Positions 17,936 through 18,108 of a stretch of DNA of 18,108 nt are shown here, one piece after another. Each line of letters begins with the position of its first letter. Within the stretch, counting starts at the first letter, position 1. The position numbers were made by a program, and so were the translations under genes. The stretch is from Prasinococcaceae sp. CCMP 1430. Lineage: Eukaryota; Plantae; Prasinodermophyta. The notes beneath the pieces were generated by a model. The model had not been told where the DNA came from and ran no database searches. It saw only the letters and a list, made by a program, of their open reading frames with translations. The stretch spans positions 1-18,108 of the forward strand of contig RQSC01000034.1 in NCBI GenBank assembly GCA_013416795.1. The letters are read 5' to 3'.

Positions 17936-18082
17936 CTACTCCTTCCCTCCCGAAAGCCCGCGGGCCTCCTCAGCCTTGGCGTTCGCGCAGCACGCGTCGA
18001 AGCGCGCGATCTCCGCGGCGCAGTCGCGCTGGAAGTCGTACCGGCCCGCCGCGGAGCCGCGCGCGCGCGTGGCGATGCACGT
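17936..18082 (-). CDS. CMC4: Last exon of a CMC4/MTCP1-like Cx9C mitochondrial intermembrane-space protein (not in the ORF track)
   Basis: After a CGCAG acceptor (ends at 18083): TCIATRARGSAAGRYDFQRDCAAEIARFDACCANAKAEEARGLSGGKE*, with the C-x9-CC signature of CMC4 and strong GC3. TAG at 17938-17936; upstream exon(s) lie outside the window. Confidence 0.7.
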   Translation of the reverse strand, partial: TCIATRARGSAAGRYDFQRDCAAEIARFDACCANAKAEEARGLSGGKE

Positions 18083-18108
18083 CTGCGCGCGGGCGCCGGC
18101 GCGCGCGC

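Noticed and set aside
17919-17938. CMC4-IPP2 fusion by stop-codon read-through
   Set aside because: The 16-nt spacer shifts the frame, so read-through alone cannot join the ORFs.

Overview
Very GC-rich eukaryotic nuclear DNA with three assembly gaps (N at 2679-3294, 4527-5349, 8969-9894). It most likely comes from a prasinophyte-type green alga, given Lhcp antenna genes, GTGCG splice donors, GCTGAC branch points and TGTAA poly(A) signals. Gene content from left to right: an uncharacterised multi-pass membrane protein (+); three Lhcp genes (-,-,+) whose first exons are absent from the visible sequence; a 4-exon type II membrane protein gene that the ORF track misses (-); a RAD5-like HIRAN/SNF2/RING helicase (+, 5' end in gap); a 3-exon mercaptopyruvate sulfurtransferase (+); a 2-exon probable plastid membrane protein (-); protein phosphatase inhibitor-2 (-); and the last exon of a CMC4-like Cx9C protein (-). 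Three observations stand out. (1) In Lhcp copy 3, a 23-nt block (6156-6178) is the exact complement, NOT reverse complement, of the homologous block in copy 1; no known DNA mechanism does this, so an artefact or in-silico edit is most likely. (2) An intact 234-bp alphaproteobacterial-type uvrD fragment (13720-13953, -) sits where the sulfurtransferase start should be. (3) Only 16 nt separate the CMC4-like stop from the inhibitor-2 ATG on the same strand, suggesting a bicistronic locus. All family assignments are from motif recall; no database search was run.
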